64,000 bases of DNA from Actinomycetota bacterium (GTDB lineage: Bacteria > Actinomycetota > Actinomycetes > Actinomycetales > Microbacteriaceae). The position numbers and the translations under genes were made by a program. The notes under the pieces were generated by a model. It was not told the DNA's origin. It saw only the letters and a list, made by a program, of their open reading frames with translations, and made no database searches. Below, one piece after another: positions 28,868 to 38,810 of this stretch. The stretch lies in the NCBI GenBank assembly GCA_030840335.1, contig JAUZFR010000111.1:9745-73744 (forward strand), written 5' to 3'. Positions within the stretch are counted from its first letter, which is position 1. Each line of letters opens with the position of its first letter.

Positions 28868-30223
28868 GTGGCTCGCTACGCTGACCGTGGTCGGCTCGCC
28901 TCCGCGTGGGACGGCGAGCTGGAAATATTCCGCGCGGCGCATCCAGCGTGTGAGCGGCTGTGGCGGGAAGCGATTCCGCACATGGCGGACGGCGTACCGA
29001 TGCTATGGATGGCGAAGTGGCCGGGTCCGTGGCCCGTCTACGTCGATGTAGCGGGTGGATCGCACTTTACCTGTGCCGACGGAATCGATCACGTCGATCT
29101 CTGTCTCGGAGACACCGGGGCGATGTGCGGGCACGCGCCTCCCGAATCCGTCAAGGCGATTTCGGAACAGCTCGCTCGCGGATCCACCACGATGCTGCCG
29201 ACAGCGGATGCTGCGATTGCCGCGTCATTGCTGGAAGAACGGTTTGGTGTGCCGAGCTGGCAGTTTTCGCTGTCCGCGACCGATGCCAACCGTGCCCTCA
29301 TCCGGTATGCGCGGCAGGTGACCGGGCGCCCGAAGATCCTCGTGATCGACCACTGCTATCACGGCACGGTCGACGAAGCCTATGCGACGCTCGATGAGTC
29401 CGGCCAGGTGATCGAGCGGCGTGGCAACATCGGCGCTCCGGTCCCTCCAGCGCTGACGACGGCGGTGGTGCCGTTCAACGACATCCCGGCGATGGATGCG
29501 GCGCTGTCGACTCGCGAGATCGCGGCCGTGCTAATTGAGCCCGCCCTCACCAACATCGGCATCGTGCTTCCGGACCCGGGCTGGCACGACGCCGTCCGGG
29601 ACCTATGCGACCGCACAGGCACGATCCTCATCATCGACGAAACACACACGCTGTCCGCCGGACCGGGCGGGATGATCGCGCGCGATGGACTTCGGCCCGA
29701 TGCCGTCGTCGTCGGTAAATCGATCGGCGGAGGCATTCCCGCCGGGGCATATGGCATGACAGCCGAGTTTGCGACGTCCGTTCGCGACTCACTCGTACTC
29801 GAAGACATCGACGTCGGGGGAGTGGGCGGCACCCTCGCGGGCAACGCGCTGTCCCTCGCGGGCATCCGCGCGACCCTGTCCCAGGTGCTCACGGCCTCGG
29901 CGTTTGACAGCATGATCGACCGCTCGACGGAGTGGACGGACGGCGTCCAAACGCTGATCGACGAGTTCGGTGCACCATGGCAGGTCACCCAGTTGGGTGC
30001 ACGCGCCGAATACAGCTTCCGTGAGACGGCGCCTCACGATGGCGCGGAGGCGGCAGACGCGGATGACTTCGAACTCCAGCAGTTCCTGCACCTGCATGCG
30101 CTCAACCGCGGCATCCTGATTACGCCGTTTCACAACATGGCGCTGATGAGCCCGGCGACCACCTCAGCCGACGTCGCCCGCCACACCGCAGCCTTCCGAT
30201 CGGCCCTGCAAGCCCTCTTCTAA
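28868..30223 (+). CDS. Class III aminotransferase, glutamate-1-semialdehyde aminomutase-like
   Basis: DLCLGDTGAMCGH, CYHG, IIDETHT, PLP lysine in VVGKSIGGG, GGTLAGN. Confidence 0.85.
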   Translation: MARYADRGRLASAWDGELEIFRAAHPACERLWREAIPHMADGVPMLWMAKWPGPWPVYVDVAGGSHFTCADGIDHVDLCLGDTGAMCGHAPPESVKAISEQLARGSTTMLPTADAAIAASLLEERFGVPSWQFSLSATDANRALIRYARQVTGRPKILVIDHCYHGTVDEAYATLDESGQVIERRGNIGAPVPPALTTAVVPFNDIPAMDAALSTREIAAVLIEPALTNIGIVLPDPGWHDAVRDLCDRTGTILIIDETHTLSAGPGGMIARDGLRPDAVVVGKSIGGGIPAGAYGMTAEFATSVRDSLVLEDIDVGGVGGTLAGNALSLAGIRATLSQVLTASAFDSMIDRSTEWTDGVQTLIDEFGAPWQVTQLGARAEYSFRETAPHDGAEAADADDFELQQFLHLHALNRGILITPFHNMALMSPATTSADVARHTAAFRSALQALF

Positions 30224-30301
30224 TCCCCGAGTGCGGCGGGTTGTCACGACTGCACCTGCAATGGGGCCAGCGCTCGCGACAACCCGCAGCACTCGCGGAT
30301 T
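30222..30301. repeat. Long imperfect inverted repeat between convergent genes (REP-like element or bidirectional terminator)
   Basis: AATCC..CGAGTGC-G-GCGGGTTGTC-A-CGA ... TCG-C-GACAACCCGC-A-GCACTCG..GGATT. Confidence 0.8.
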
Positions 30302-30305
30302 CGGA

Positions 30306-31652
30306 TTAGAGGGCCGCCAGGGCCTCGTCCAGGATGGCCAGGGCCTCGCGGAGGAGGTCGTCGCTGATGGCGAGACTCGGCAGGAAGCGCAGGACGTTTC
30401 CGTAGGTGCCGGCAGTCAACAGGATGACCCCGTTCTGGCCCGCATAGGCAGCGATCGACGCGACCGCCGCCGCGTTGGGCTCGTGAGTGCCGGGAAGTAC
30501 CAGTTCGATCGCATTCATCGCACCGATTCCGCGCACGTCACCGATGACGTCGTACTTCTTCTGCAGTTCGAGCAGTGCGGGCTTCAGGATGTTCTCGATG
30601 CGTTTCGCTTCGGCCAGCAGCCCCTGCGACTCGATCTGCTCGAAGACCGCGATCGCGGCCGCAGCGGAAACCGGATTGCCGCCGAATGTTCCACCGAGAC
30701 CGCCCGGATGCGCCGCATCCATGATCTCCGCGCGCCCGGTGATCGCCGCGAGCGGCAGGCCCCCCGCAATGCCCTTTGCACTCAGTACCAGGTCGGGCAC
30801 GACGCCGAAGTGTTCGCTCGCGAAATAGGCGCCGGTGCGGGCCATCCCGCTCTGGATCTCGTCGGCGATGAAGACGACACCGTTTGCGGTGCACCACTCC
30901 TGCAGTGCTGGAAGGTAGCCGCTGGCCGGCACCTGGAACCCACCCTCGCCCTGGATCGGCTCGACGATGAGGCAGGCGAGATCGGCGGCGCCGACGACCT
31001 TCTCGAGGTAGGCGATCGTGCGCTTCGCCGCATCCGGACCGCTGAGGCCGTCGTGGAACGGGTACGAATTGGGCGCGCGGTAGATGTCGCCGGCGAACGG
31101 CCCAAACCCGAGGGCGTACGGCATGGCCTTAAACGTCATGGCCATCGTCAGGTTGGTGCGCCCGTGATAGGCGTGATCGAGAACGGCCACGCCATTCTTG
31201 CCGGTGAACTTTCGCGCGATCTTCACGCCGTTTTCGACCGCCTCTGCGCCCGAATTCTGCAGCACCGTCTTTTTGGCGTGTGCGCCGGGCGTGTGCTCCG
31301 CGAGAAGCTCGGCCACCCGAACGTAACCCTCGTAGGGCGTGATGGTGAATGCCGCGTGCGTCAGTTCGCCGAGTTGCTCGGCTGCGGCCGCGACGACCGC
31401 ATCGTTCGTGTGGCCGATGGTCGTTACGCCGATGCCAGCGCCGAGGTCGATGAATTGGTTGCCGTCGACGTCGATGACGATTGCTCCGTGGGCGCGCGCG
31501 ATGTATACGGGAAGCGCCGAGCTGACACCGACGGGCACGACGGCGAGGCGTCGTGCGTGCAGCGCCAGTGATTTCGGACCGGGAATGGCGGTGACGATGC
31601 GCCGTTCCTGCGGAACGGTCGGAGGCGTGAAGGGCGCAAGAGTGTCAGTCAT
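30306..31652 (-). CDS. gabT: 4-aminobutyrate:2-oxoglutarate transaminase
   Basis: IDLGAGIGV, NSGAEAVENGVKIAR, AYHGRTNLTM, EPIQGEGGF, DEIQSG, SAKGIAGGLPL, LTAGTYGNVLRFLP; start reassigned to ATG 31652. Confidence 0.93.
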   Translation of the reverse strand: MTDTLAPFTPPTVPQERRIVTAIPGPKSLALHARRLAVVPVGVSSALPVYIARAHGAIVIDVDGNQFIDLGAGIGVTTIGHTNDAVVAAAAEQLGELTHAAFTITPYEGYVRVAELLAEHTPGAHAKKTVLQNSGAEAVENGVKIARKFTGKNGVAVLDHAYHGRTNLTMAMTFKAMPYALGFGPFAGDIYRAPNSYPFHDGLSGPDAAKRTIAYLEKVVGAADLACLIVEPIQGEGGFQVPASGYLPALQEWCTANGVVFIADEIQSGMARTGAYFASEHFGVVPDLVLSAKGIAGGLPLAAITGRAEIMDAAHPGGLGGTFGGNPVSAAAAIAVFEQIESQGLLAEAKRIENILKPALLELQKKYDVIGDVRGIGAMNAIELVLPGTHEPNAAAVASIAAYAGQNGVILLTAGTYGNVLRFLPSLAISDDLLREALAILDEALAAL

Positions 31653-31694
31653 AATGAGTCCCAAGTTTAGTTCCGCACCGAGAGGGGAGGGCCA

Positions 31695-32177
31695 GTGGAG
31701 CTGCAGCATTCCTACGCGATATCGGTCGAATGGCAGGGCAACCGCGGCTCGGGCACGAGCGATTACAAGTCGTACGGGCGCGAGCTCGTCGTCACGGCAG
31801 AGGGCAAGCATCCGCTGGACGGCTCAGCCGATCGGGCCTTCCGCGGCAATGCCGACAGGTGGAACCCGGAGGAACTGCTTCTCGCGGCCCTCAGCCAGTG
31901 TCATCTGCTCAGCTACCTGCACGTCGCCGCAGCGCATGGCGTGATCGTGACGTCGTATACCGACGACGCAGTCGGCGTGATGGAGCAGACCAGGGATGGC
32001 GGGGGACACTTCGTCTCGGCGACCCTGCGCCCTGTAGTCACGATCGAGGGCGATGATCTCGAACTGGCCGCCAGCCTGCACGCCGAAGCGAGCCAGAAAT
32101 GCTTCATCGCGGCATCCGTGAACTTCCCGATCGGGCACGAACCGACAACGCTGAGAGCCAGCGCATCCGCCTCGTAG
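31695..32177 (+). CDS. OsmC/Ohr family protein
   Basis: NPEELLLAALSQCH and KCFIAASV two-Cys motifs; GGGGAGG RBS. Confidence 0.92.
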   Translation: MELQHSYAISVEWQGNRGSGTSDYKSYGRELVVTAEGKHPLDGSADRAFRGNADRWNPEELLLAALSQCHLLSYLHVAAAHGVIVTSYTDDAVGVMEQTRDGGGHFVSATLRPVVTIEGDDLELAASLHAEASQKCFIAASVNFPIGHEPTTLRASASAS

Positions 32178-32297
32178 TGCGCGGCCGAGTGTCGATGGCC
32201 TAGTACCCTCGTTGGATAGACGTTCAGGTTTCGCATATCTGAACAGGCAAGGCTCTTGTAGCCGTATGCCCCCAAAACTTACGAAAGCAGCCAACCT

Positions 32298-33299
32298 TTG
32301 TTCAAGAAGCTCATTCCCGTGCTCGCCGTCTCCGCGCTGGCACTTTCTCTCGTCGCCTGCACGAGCAGCGGCTCGGCGTCGGCCTGTGCGCCCACGAAGC
32401 CGGGTACTGCGTCCGCGAAGATCAAGGTCACTGGCACGGGCGCCAAAACCGCAGCCAAGTTCCCGGCGAAGCTCACGGCGAAATCGACCCAGCGCACCGA
32501 GATCAAGGCGGGCAAGGGCCGTGCCGCGGCCAAGGGCGACACTGTTGACGTCGATTACGTGGTTTACAACGGCACGACCGGCAAGAAAATCGACTCGAAT
32601 TCCACGAAGGCCGGTGTCCCGTTCTCTCTCGATACGGCGCAGGGTTTGCTGCCCGGGCTGGAAAAGGCACTCCTCTGCTCGTCGAGTGGCTCGCGCGTCG
32701 CGGCGGTCATCCCGCCAGCCGACGCCTTCGGCTCTACCGGAAACAGCCAGCTGGGCGTCGGAGCGAACGACTCGATCGTCTTCGTCCTTGACGTGTTGAA
32801 GGTTACAAAGGCACCGAAGGCGACGCCGACCCCCACCCCGTCGGCGCCCGCGACACCGGCGCTGCCCAAGGCCAACGGAACCCCGCAGAAGGCTCCAGCC
32901 GGGTTCCCTACCGTGAAGCTCGCGGCCAATGGCACACCGACGGTCACGATCCCGAAGACGAAGGCACCAACGAAGCTCGAGATCGCTGACCTCAAGAAGG
33001 GCGCTGGCGCGACCGTTGCGGCGGGCGACTCGGTAACCGTCCACTACGTCGGCCTCATCTGGGACACCAGCAAGATCTTCGACTCCAGCTGGTCGCGCGG
33101 TACCCCCGCGACGTTCACGACCGACGGAGTCATCCCCGGATTCGGCAAGGCGCTCGTGGGCCAAAAGGTCGGCTCGCAGGTCATTGTTGTGATCCCGCCC
33201 GCTGACGGCTACGGCGCAGCCGGCCAGTCGGATGCTGGCATCAAGGGAACGGACACGCTCGTCTTCGTACTCGACATCCTCGCCGACCAGAAGAAGTAG
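32298..33299 (+). CDS. Two-domain FKBP-type peptidyl-prolyl isomerase lipoprotein
   Basis: LVAC lipobox; VHYVG...IFDSSW...VIPGF...IPPADGYG...TLVFVLDIL. Confidence 0.9.
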   Translation: MFKKLIPVLAVSALALSLVACTSSGSASACAPTKPGTASAKIKVTGTGAKTAAKFPAKLTAKSTQRTEIKAGKGRAAAKGDTVDVDYVVYNGTTGKKIDSNSTKAGVPFSLDTAQGLLPGLEKALLCSSSGSRVAAVIPPADAFGSTGNSQLGVGANDSIVFVLDVLKVTKAPKATPTPTPSAPATPALPKANGTPQKAPAGFPTVKLAANGTPTVTIPKTKAPTKLEIADLKKGAGATVAAGDSVTVHYVGLIWDTSKIFDSSWSRGTPATFTTDGVIPGFGKALVGQKVGSQVIVVIPPADGYGAAGQSDAGIKGTDTLVFVLDILADQKK

Positions 33300-33300
33300 C

Positions 33301-34281
33301 TTGGTACGCGCCCTCGCATCAGTGGTGGTCGTCGCGGTTCTCGTCGCGACGCTCACCGCATGCTCGGCGACGGCTCCACCAATCACCGTGGCTGGATGCG
33401 CGCCCGCCAAACCCGGCGCGGTCTCGAACGCGGTCAAGGTCACGGGAAAGTTCGGCAAGACGCCGACGGTCGTGTTGTCGACGCCGCTCGGCACCGCGAA
33501 GAACACGCAACGCACGGTCATCACGCAGGGCACCGGGAAAGTTGCAAAGCAGGGCACACAGGTGCACGTCGACTATTCGATGTACAACGGCACGACGGGC
33601 AAGGAACTGACGACAACGGGCTTCGAGGGGCGCACTGTGCCATTCACGCTCGACGAGTCGAAGTTTCTGCCGGGGCTCGTAGAGACTCTGCAGTGTTCGA
33701 CCGTGGGTTCGCGCGTCGTCGGGATCATTCCGCCTGCCGATGCGTTCCATTCCACCGGTTCGTCCGCACTGGGGATCGGTGCGAAAGACGAGATCGTGTT
33801 CGTCGCCGACGTGGTGAAGGTCGACCCCGCTCCCAAGCCGGCGCTCGCCGGGCCGAGTGGCACGCCCCAGACGCTCGTCGACGGATTCCCGACCGTGAAG
33901 GTGACGGCCAAGGGCGTGCCGAGAGTGGCGATCCCCGCGGTCAAGCCGCCGAGCGAGCTCAAGGTGGAGGTGCTGATCAAGGGCAACGGCGAAAAGGTCG
34001 GGTCGAACGCGAACGTCATCGTGAACGACCAGGTCATCCTGTGGCGCACTGGCAAGGTCGTTCCGGGCAATGACACGTGGGCGGCGGGCAAGACCGCCGT
34101 CTACAACACCGGCCAGTATTTCGAAGGCTTCAAGCAGGCGGTCGAGGGACAGACCGTCGGATCGCGCATCCTCTTCATCGTTCCGCCAGCGCTGCTGTAT
34201 GGCTCGAAAGGCAACGCGAAGGCGGGGATCAAGGGGACTGACAATCTGGTCTTCCTGGTCGACATCCTCGGGATTGGATGA
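33301..34281 (+). CDS. Second two-domain FKBP-type PPIase lipoprotein (tandem paralog)
   Basis: TTG at 33301, LTAC lipobox, same domain layout as the upstream gene; [17 protein letters not shown]. Confidence 0.85.
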   Translation: MVRALASVVVVAVLVATLTACSATAPPITVAGCAPAKPGAVSNAVKVTGKFGKTPTVVLSTPLGTAKNTQRTVITQGTGKVAKQGTQVHVDYSMYNGTTGKELTTTGFEGRTVPFTLDESKFLPGLVETLQCSTVGSRVVGIIPPADAFHSTGSSALGIGAKDEIVFVADVVKVDPAPKPALAGPSGTPQTLVDGFPTVKVTAKGVPRVAIPAVKPPSELKVEVLIKGNGEKVGSNANVIVNDQVILWRTGKVVPGNDTWAAGKTAVYNTGQYFEGFKQAVEGQTVGSRILFIVPPALLYGSKGNAKAGIKGTDNLVFLVDILGIG

Positions 34282-34312
34282 CCGCGGGCATCGACGCGGT
34301 AGCGTGAGTCCC

Positions 34313-35389
34313 GTGCGCAGGGTCATCCTTCTCGGGTCAACCGGCTCGATCGGCGTTCAGGCCCTTGAGGTCATCGCGGCGAACCGCGATCGCTTCAAGG
34401 TCGTCGGGCTCGCCGCCGGCAGCAATCGCCAGTTCGTCGAGCGGCAGGCCGCCGAATTCGGCGTCGAACACATCGCGTTCGGTGCGGACGAGGCCAGTCA
34501 GTTGGTTCGCACGATCGAAGCTGATGTCGTGCTCAACGGCATCACCGGCTCGGTGGGGCTCGGCCCCACCCTCGCCACGCTCGAAACAGGCGCCACCCTC
34601 GCTCTCGCCAACAAGGAGAGCCTCATCGTTGGCGGCGACCTGGTGAAGGCCCTCGTCAGGCCCGGCCAGCTCGTGCCGGTGGATTCTGAGCACTCCGCCA
34701 TTGCGCAGGCGCTTCGCAGCGGGACGGCGAGCGAGGTGCGACGGCTCGTGCTGACCGCATCCGGTGGGCCTTTTCGCGGACGCTCACGGGAGAGTCTCGC
34801 GGATGTCACTCCAGCGCAGGCGCTCGCGCATCCGACCTGGAACATGGGGCTCGTCGTCACGACGAATTCGGCGACCCTTGTGAACAAGGGGCTCGAGGTA
34901 ATCGAGGCTCACCTGCTCTTCGACGTCGACTACGACGCAATCGACGTCACCGTGCATCCGCAGTCCATCGTGCACTCTATGGTCGAATTCGTCGACGGGT
35001 CGACGCTGGCGCAGGCATCGCCACCCGATATGCGGCTGCCCATCTCGCTCGGGCTCGACTGGCCGAACCGAATCCCCGGAGTCGGGGTGCCGCTCGACTG
35101 GACGCGGGCGAGCGCCTGGGAGTTCGCCCCGCTCGACGACGAGGCCTTTCCCGCCGTTGCGTTGGCGAAGGCCGTTGGCCGCTCGGGTGGTACCTACCCG
35201 GCGGTCTTCAACGCAGCCAACGAACAGGCGGTCCTGGCATTCCACGCCGGACGCGTCGGATTCCTCGACATCGTCGATACGGTGCTGCGCGTGGTCGAAA
35301 GCCACACGCCGGGGGAGAACAGCCTCGAGGGCGTGCTTGACGCAGAGCGCTGGGCACGCGCGGAGGCGGATCGCCTGCTCGCCTCGTGA
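34313..35389 (+). CDS. dxr: 1-deoxy-D-xylulose-5-phosphate reductoisomerase
   Basis: [40 protein letters not shown]; start at GTG 34313 after TAGCGT-N7. Confidence 0.96.
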   Translation: MRRVILLGSTGSIGVQALEVIAANRDRFKVVGLAAGSNRQFVERQAAEFGVEHIAFGADEASQLVRTIEADVVLNGITGSVGLGPTLATLETGATLALANKESLIVGGDLVKALVRPGQLVPVDSEHSAIAQALRSGTASEVRRLVLTASGGPFRGRSRESLADVTPAQALAHPTWNMGLVVTTNSATLVNKGLEVIEAHLLFDVDYDAIDVTVHPQSIVHSMVEFVDGSTLAQASPPDMRLPISLGLDWPNRIPGVGVPLDWTRASAWEFAPLDDEAFPAVALAKAVGRSGGTYPAVFNAANEQAVLAFHAGRVGFLDIVDTVLRVVESHTPGENSLEGVLDAERWARAEADRLLAS

Positions 35390-35453
35390 CTTCGTAGTCC
35401 CTCGTTTTGGGACAGTGCAACACAGCAATTTCTTAGGCTGCTGCGGCTAGCCT

Positions 35454-36791
35454 GTGCTGGTGGAAAACGTGCTGTTTTATATCGCTGGTGTGCTGATCGT
35501 CGCCATCGGCGTGCTGCTGTCGATTGTTCTCCACGAGACCGGCCACTTCATCCCGGCCAAGCTGTTCAAGGTGCGCGTCGGCCAGTTCATGGTCGGATTC
35601 GGCAAGACGCTATGGTCCCGCAAATCGCACGGCACCGAATTCGGCATCAAGGCGCTTCCACTCGGCGGCTACATCTCGATGGCGGGCATGTACCCGCCCA
35701 TGAAGCCCGGTGGCAAGGCGCAAACCGCGAGCGCGGGCTTCTTCCAGACGCTGGTGCAGGATGCGCGCCAGTCGTCCGCAGACACCATTCTTCCCGGGCA
35801 GGAGGACAACGTCTTCTACAAGCTGCCGATCTGGAAGCGCATCATCATCATGCTCGGCGGGCCGCTCATGAACCTCGTGATCGCGATCGTGCTGTTCGCG
35901 GTCGTGCTGTGCGTCTTCGGCACCGGCGTCAACACTGCGACCGTGTCGTCGGTGAGCCAGTGCGTTCTGCCCGCCACGAGCACGCGCACCACCTGCCCTG
36001 CGGGCTACACGCCGTCCCCGGCCGCCGCCGCGGGGTTCAAGACCGGCGATAAGATCCTGAGCCTCAACGGAACGACCGTCACCTCCTGGGACCAGGCCAC
36101 CGCGATCATCCAGAGGTCTGCGAACAAGACCCTGACCGCTGTCGTCGAGCGCGACGGAGCCGACATCACCCTGACCGCGACCCCGCAGCTCTCGGTTCGT
36201 GACGAGCTGGATGCCAACGGCCAGGTTGTCAAGGACGCCGCGGGCAACGCCGTCACCCACAACGTCGGCTTCATCGGCATCGCACCGACGATCCAGGTCG
36301 AGCAGCTCCCGCTCACCGCCGTCCTCCCCAGCGTCTGGACTCAGACGACGGCCGTCGCGGGCGTGATCATCAACCTGCCGCAGCGGCTGGTCGGCGTCTG
36401 GAACGCTGCCTTCAGTTCGGCCCCGCGCGACGCGACCGGGCCGATCGGTCTCGTCGGGGTCGGTCGCATCGCCGGACAGATTGCCACGACAAGCCAGGCG
36501 ACCATCGGCGAGCGCTTCGCCGGTCTGCTGCAGGTTCTCGCCTCCCTGAACATCGCGCTGTTCGTGTTCAACCTGGTGCCGCTGATGCCGCTCGACGGTG
36601 GTCACATCCTCGGCGCGCTCTGGGAGGGCCTCAAGCGTGGCTTCGCGAAGCTGTTCAAGCGCCGCGACCCAGGTCCCGTCGACACGGCGCGGGTCGTTCC
36701 GCTCACCTTTGCAGTCGTCGTCGTCCTGGGCGCCATGAGCCTGTTGCTGCTCTACGCCGATATTGTGAAGCCAGTCACACTGCCCAACTAA
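35454..36791 (+). CDS. rseP: RIP metalloprotease RseP/Rip1 (M50, PDZ)
   Basis: HETGH, GGPLMN, NLVPLMPLDGG; dxr-rseP-ispG synteny. Start could be GTG 35460. Confidence 0.92.
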   Translation: MLVENVLFYIAGVLIVAIGVLLSIVLHETGHFIPAKLFKVRVGQFMVGFGKTLWSRKSHGTEFGIKALPLGGYISMAGMYPPMKPGGKAQTASAGFFQTLVQDARQSSADTILPGQEDNVFYKLPIWKRIIIMLGGPLMNLVIAIVLFAVVLCVFGTGVNTATVSSVSQCVLPATSTRTTCPAGYTPSPAAAAGFKTGDKILSLNGTTVTSWDQATAIIQRSANKTLTAVVERDGADITLTATPQLSVRDELDANGQVVKDAAGNAVTHNVGFIGIAPTIQVEQLPLTAVLPSVWTQTTAVAGVIINLPQRLVGVWNAAFSSAPRDATGPIGLVGVGRIAGQIATTSQATIGERFAGLLQVLASLNIALFVFNLVPLMPLDGGHILGALWEGLKRGFAKLFKRRDPGPVDTARVVPLTFAVVVVLGAMSLLLLYADIVKPVTLPN

Positions 36792-36814
36792 GAATCTCAC
36801 CCGCCAACCGAGGG

Positions 36815-37756
36815 ATGATCAATGCCGATCAGTTACGCGATGGATGGCGCACGGGGCGCGCGGTGACGTACAGCCTGGAAAGGGTGCCCGTGATCGGTGG
36901 CACCCTCGCCGCCGGCATCTGGAATCCCGGACTCAAGAGCACGGTCCTCGCCTTTCATGGCATCACTGCCTCGCACGTCTCATGGCGCGCGGTTGCCCGC
37001 GCGCTCGAGTCGACCCGCACCCTCGTCGCCCCGGATCTGCGCGGTCGCGGCGGATCGCGCGATGTGGCCGGCCCGTTCGGAATGGCGCGGCACGCCGAGG
37101 ATGCCGTGGTCCTGCTCGACTCGATCGGTGTCGACCGCGTTGACGTCGTCGGGCACTCGATGGGCGGATTTGTCGCGATGCGGTTCGCCGCGAAGTACCC
37201 GGAGCGCGTGGTATCCGTCACCCTCGTCGACGGGGGCATCCCGCTTCCGCTCCCCGCCGACATCCCGATCGAGGATGTCATGAAGGCCGCTCTCGGACCA
37301 GCCATCGCGAGGCTGGGCATGACCTACCCGACCCGCGCAAGCTATCGCGACTTCTGGCGAGCACACCCGGCGTTCGTGGACGAGTGGAACGACGATGTCG
37401 AAGCCTACGTCGACTACGACCTGGTCGGCGAGGCGCCGAACCTGCGCTCCTCAGCGTCGGGCGCCGCCGTGATGGCGGATGCCGTCGAGCAGGGCGTCGG
37501 AACGGTCGCCGACGAACCGTGGCACGTGGTGACCACGCCGATCATGTTCCTGCGTGCACCACGCGGGCTGTTGAACGGAGCGCCGCTCTACGACGCGGCC
37601 TATCTCGCCGACTTCGCGGGCGCCCTTCCGAACGTGCCCATCGTTGAAGTGCCCGACGTCAACCACTACTCGATCCTGATGAACCCCCGAGGCGCCGACG
37701 CCGTTGCCGACGCCATTCGACGCACGGCCAACCCAGAACAGGAAGCCCAGCAATGA
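36815..37756 (+). CDS. Alpha/beta hydrolase
   Basis: FHGIT, PDLRGRGGS, GHSMG nucleophile elbow, NHY. Confidence 0.9.
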   Translation: MINADQLRDGWRTGRAVTYSLERVPVIGGTLAAGIWNPGLKSTVLAFHGITASHVSWRAVARALESTRTLVAPDLRGRGGSRDVAGPFGMARHAEDAVVLLDSIGVDRVDVVGHSMGGFVAMRFAAKYPERVVSVTLVDGGIPLPLPADIPIEDVMKAALGPAIARLGMTYPTRASYRDFWRAHPAFVDEWNDDVEAYVDYDLVGEAPNLRSSASGAAVMADAVEQGVGTVADEPWHVVTTPIMFLRAPRGLLNGAPLYDAAYLADFAGALPNVPIVEVPDVNHYSILMNPRGADAVADAIRRTANPEQEAQQ

Positions 37757-38790
37757 CCTCAACCCTCCTCGACGGCATCGTCGCCCACACCGTCGTCACT
37801 CCGCGACTCACCGCTGCCGTATTCGAGCGCCCTTCGGAGAGCCCGACCAGGACCGTGGTCTTCATTCACGGCAACGTGTCGTCGTCGCTCTTCTGGCAGC
37901 CGACGATGCTGGCGCTCGATCCGGGGGTTCGCGCGCTGGCGATCGACCTGCGCGGCTTTGGTGACAGCGAGACACTCGCAGTGGACGGCACACGTGGAGT
38001 GCGCGACTTCTCGGATGATGTCGCGACGGTCCTCGCTGAACTCGGACTCGGGGCGGTCAACCTGGTCGGCTGGAGCATGGGCGGCGGAGTCGTTCTGCAG
38101 TACCTGCTCGATCACCCCGACCACGTCGCGTCGATCACGCTCGTCTCACCGGTGTCGCCCTATGGTTTCGGCGGGACTGCCGGACCGGATGGTCGAGTGC
38201 TGAACGAAGAGAATGCCGGGGCGGGTGGCGGCGGAGCTAATGCGGACTTCGTCGCGCGCCTCGCTGCGGGTGACACGAGCGACGATCCGACCTCCCCCCG
38301 CGGCATCTACCGCACCACCTACGTCAAGGATCCGAGCGACACCACCTACGAAGACCTCTGGGTCGAATCGATGTTGTCGACGAAGACCGGCATCGACAAT
38401 TATCCGGGTGACGGATCGACGGCCGCGAACTGGCCGGGATTCGGTCCGGGCACGCGCGGCGTGCTCAACACGATGGTGCCGCGCCATTTCAACGTCTCGG
38501 CGATTACCGAACTGGATTCGAAGCCGCCGATCCTGTGGGTGCATGGCGCCGACGATGTCATCGTGTCGGACACGTCGCTGTTCGATCTCAACTTCCTCGG
38601 CCAACTCGGTGCGATTCCCGGCTGGCCGGGCGCGGACGAGGCCCCGCCACAGCCGATGGTCACGCAGACCCGCGCGGTCCTCGAGCGCTACGGCAATTAC
38701 GAGGAGATCGTCTACGAGAACTGCGGTCACTCCGCGCACCTCGAGCACCCTGACGAATTTCGCGCTGCACTCACCGCGCACCTGAAGTGA
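37753..38790 (+). CDS. Alpha/beta hydrolase
   Basis: IHGNVSS, DLRGFGDS, GWSMG, HGADD, GHSAHLE. Confidence 0.9.
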   Translation: MTSTLLDGIVAHTVVTPRLTAAVFERPSESPTRTVVFIHGNVSSSLFWQPTMLALDPGVRALAIDLRGFGDSETLAVDGTRGVRDFSDDVATVLAELGLGAVNLVGWSMGGGVVLQYLLDHPDHVASITLVSPVSPYGFGGTAGPDGRVLNEENAGAGGGGANADFVARLAAGDTSDDPTSPRGIYRTTYVKDPSDTTYEDLWVESMLSTKTGIDNYPGDGSTAANWPGFGPGTRGVLNTMVPRHFNVSAITELDSKPPILWVHGADDVIVSDTSLFDLNFLGQLGAIPGWPGADEAPPQPMVTQTRAVLERYGNYEEIVYENCGHSAHLEHPDEFRAALTAHLK

Positions 38791-38810
38791 CCGCAGCCTA
38801 AACTGGCGGA

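Noticed and set aside
32200-32297. Hairpins in the leader of the first FKBP gene (GTTCAGGT...ATCTGAAC)
   Set aside because: One 8-bp stem plus a weak second stem; no riboswitch consensus recognised, so not distinguishable from chance.
31824-33557. Long antisense ORFs (e.g. 31824..33557, 15763..17340, 45733..47448, 11531..12868)
   Set aside because: Shadow frames opposite well-supported genes, expected in high-GC DNA; no motifs.
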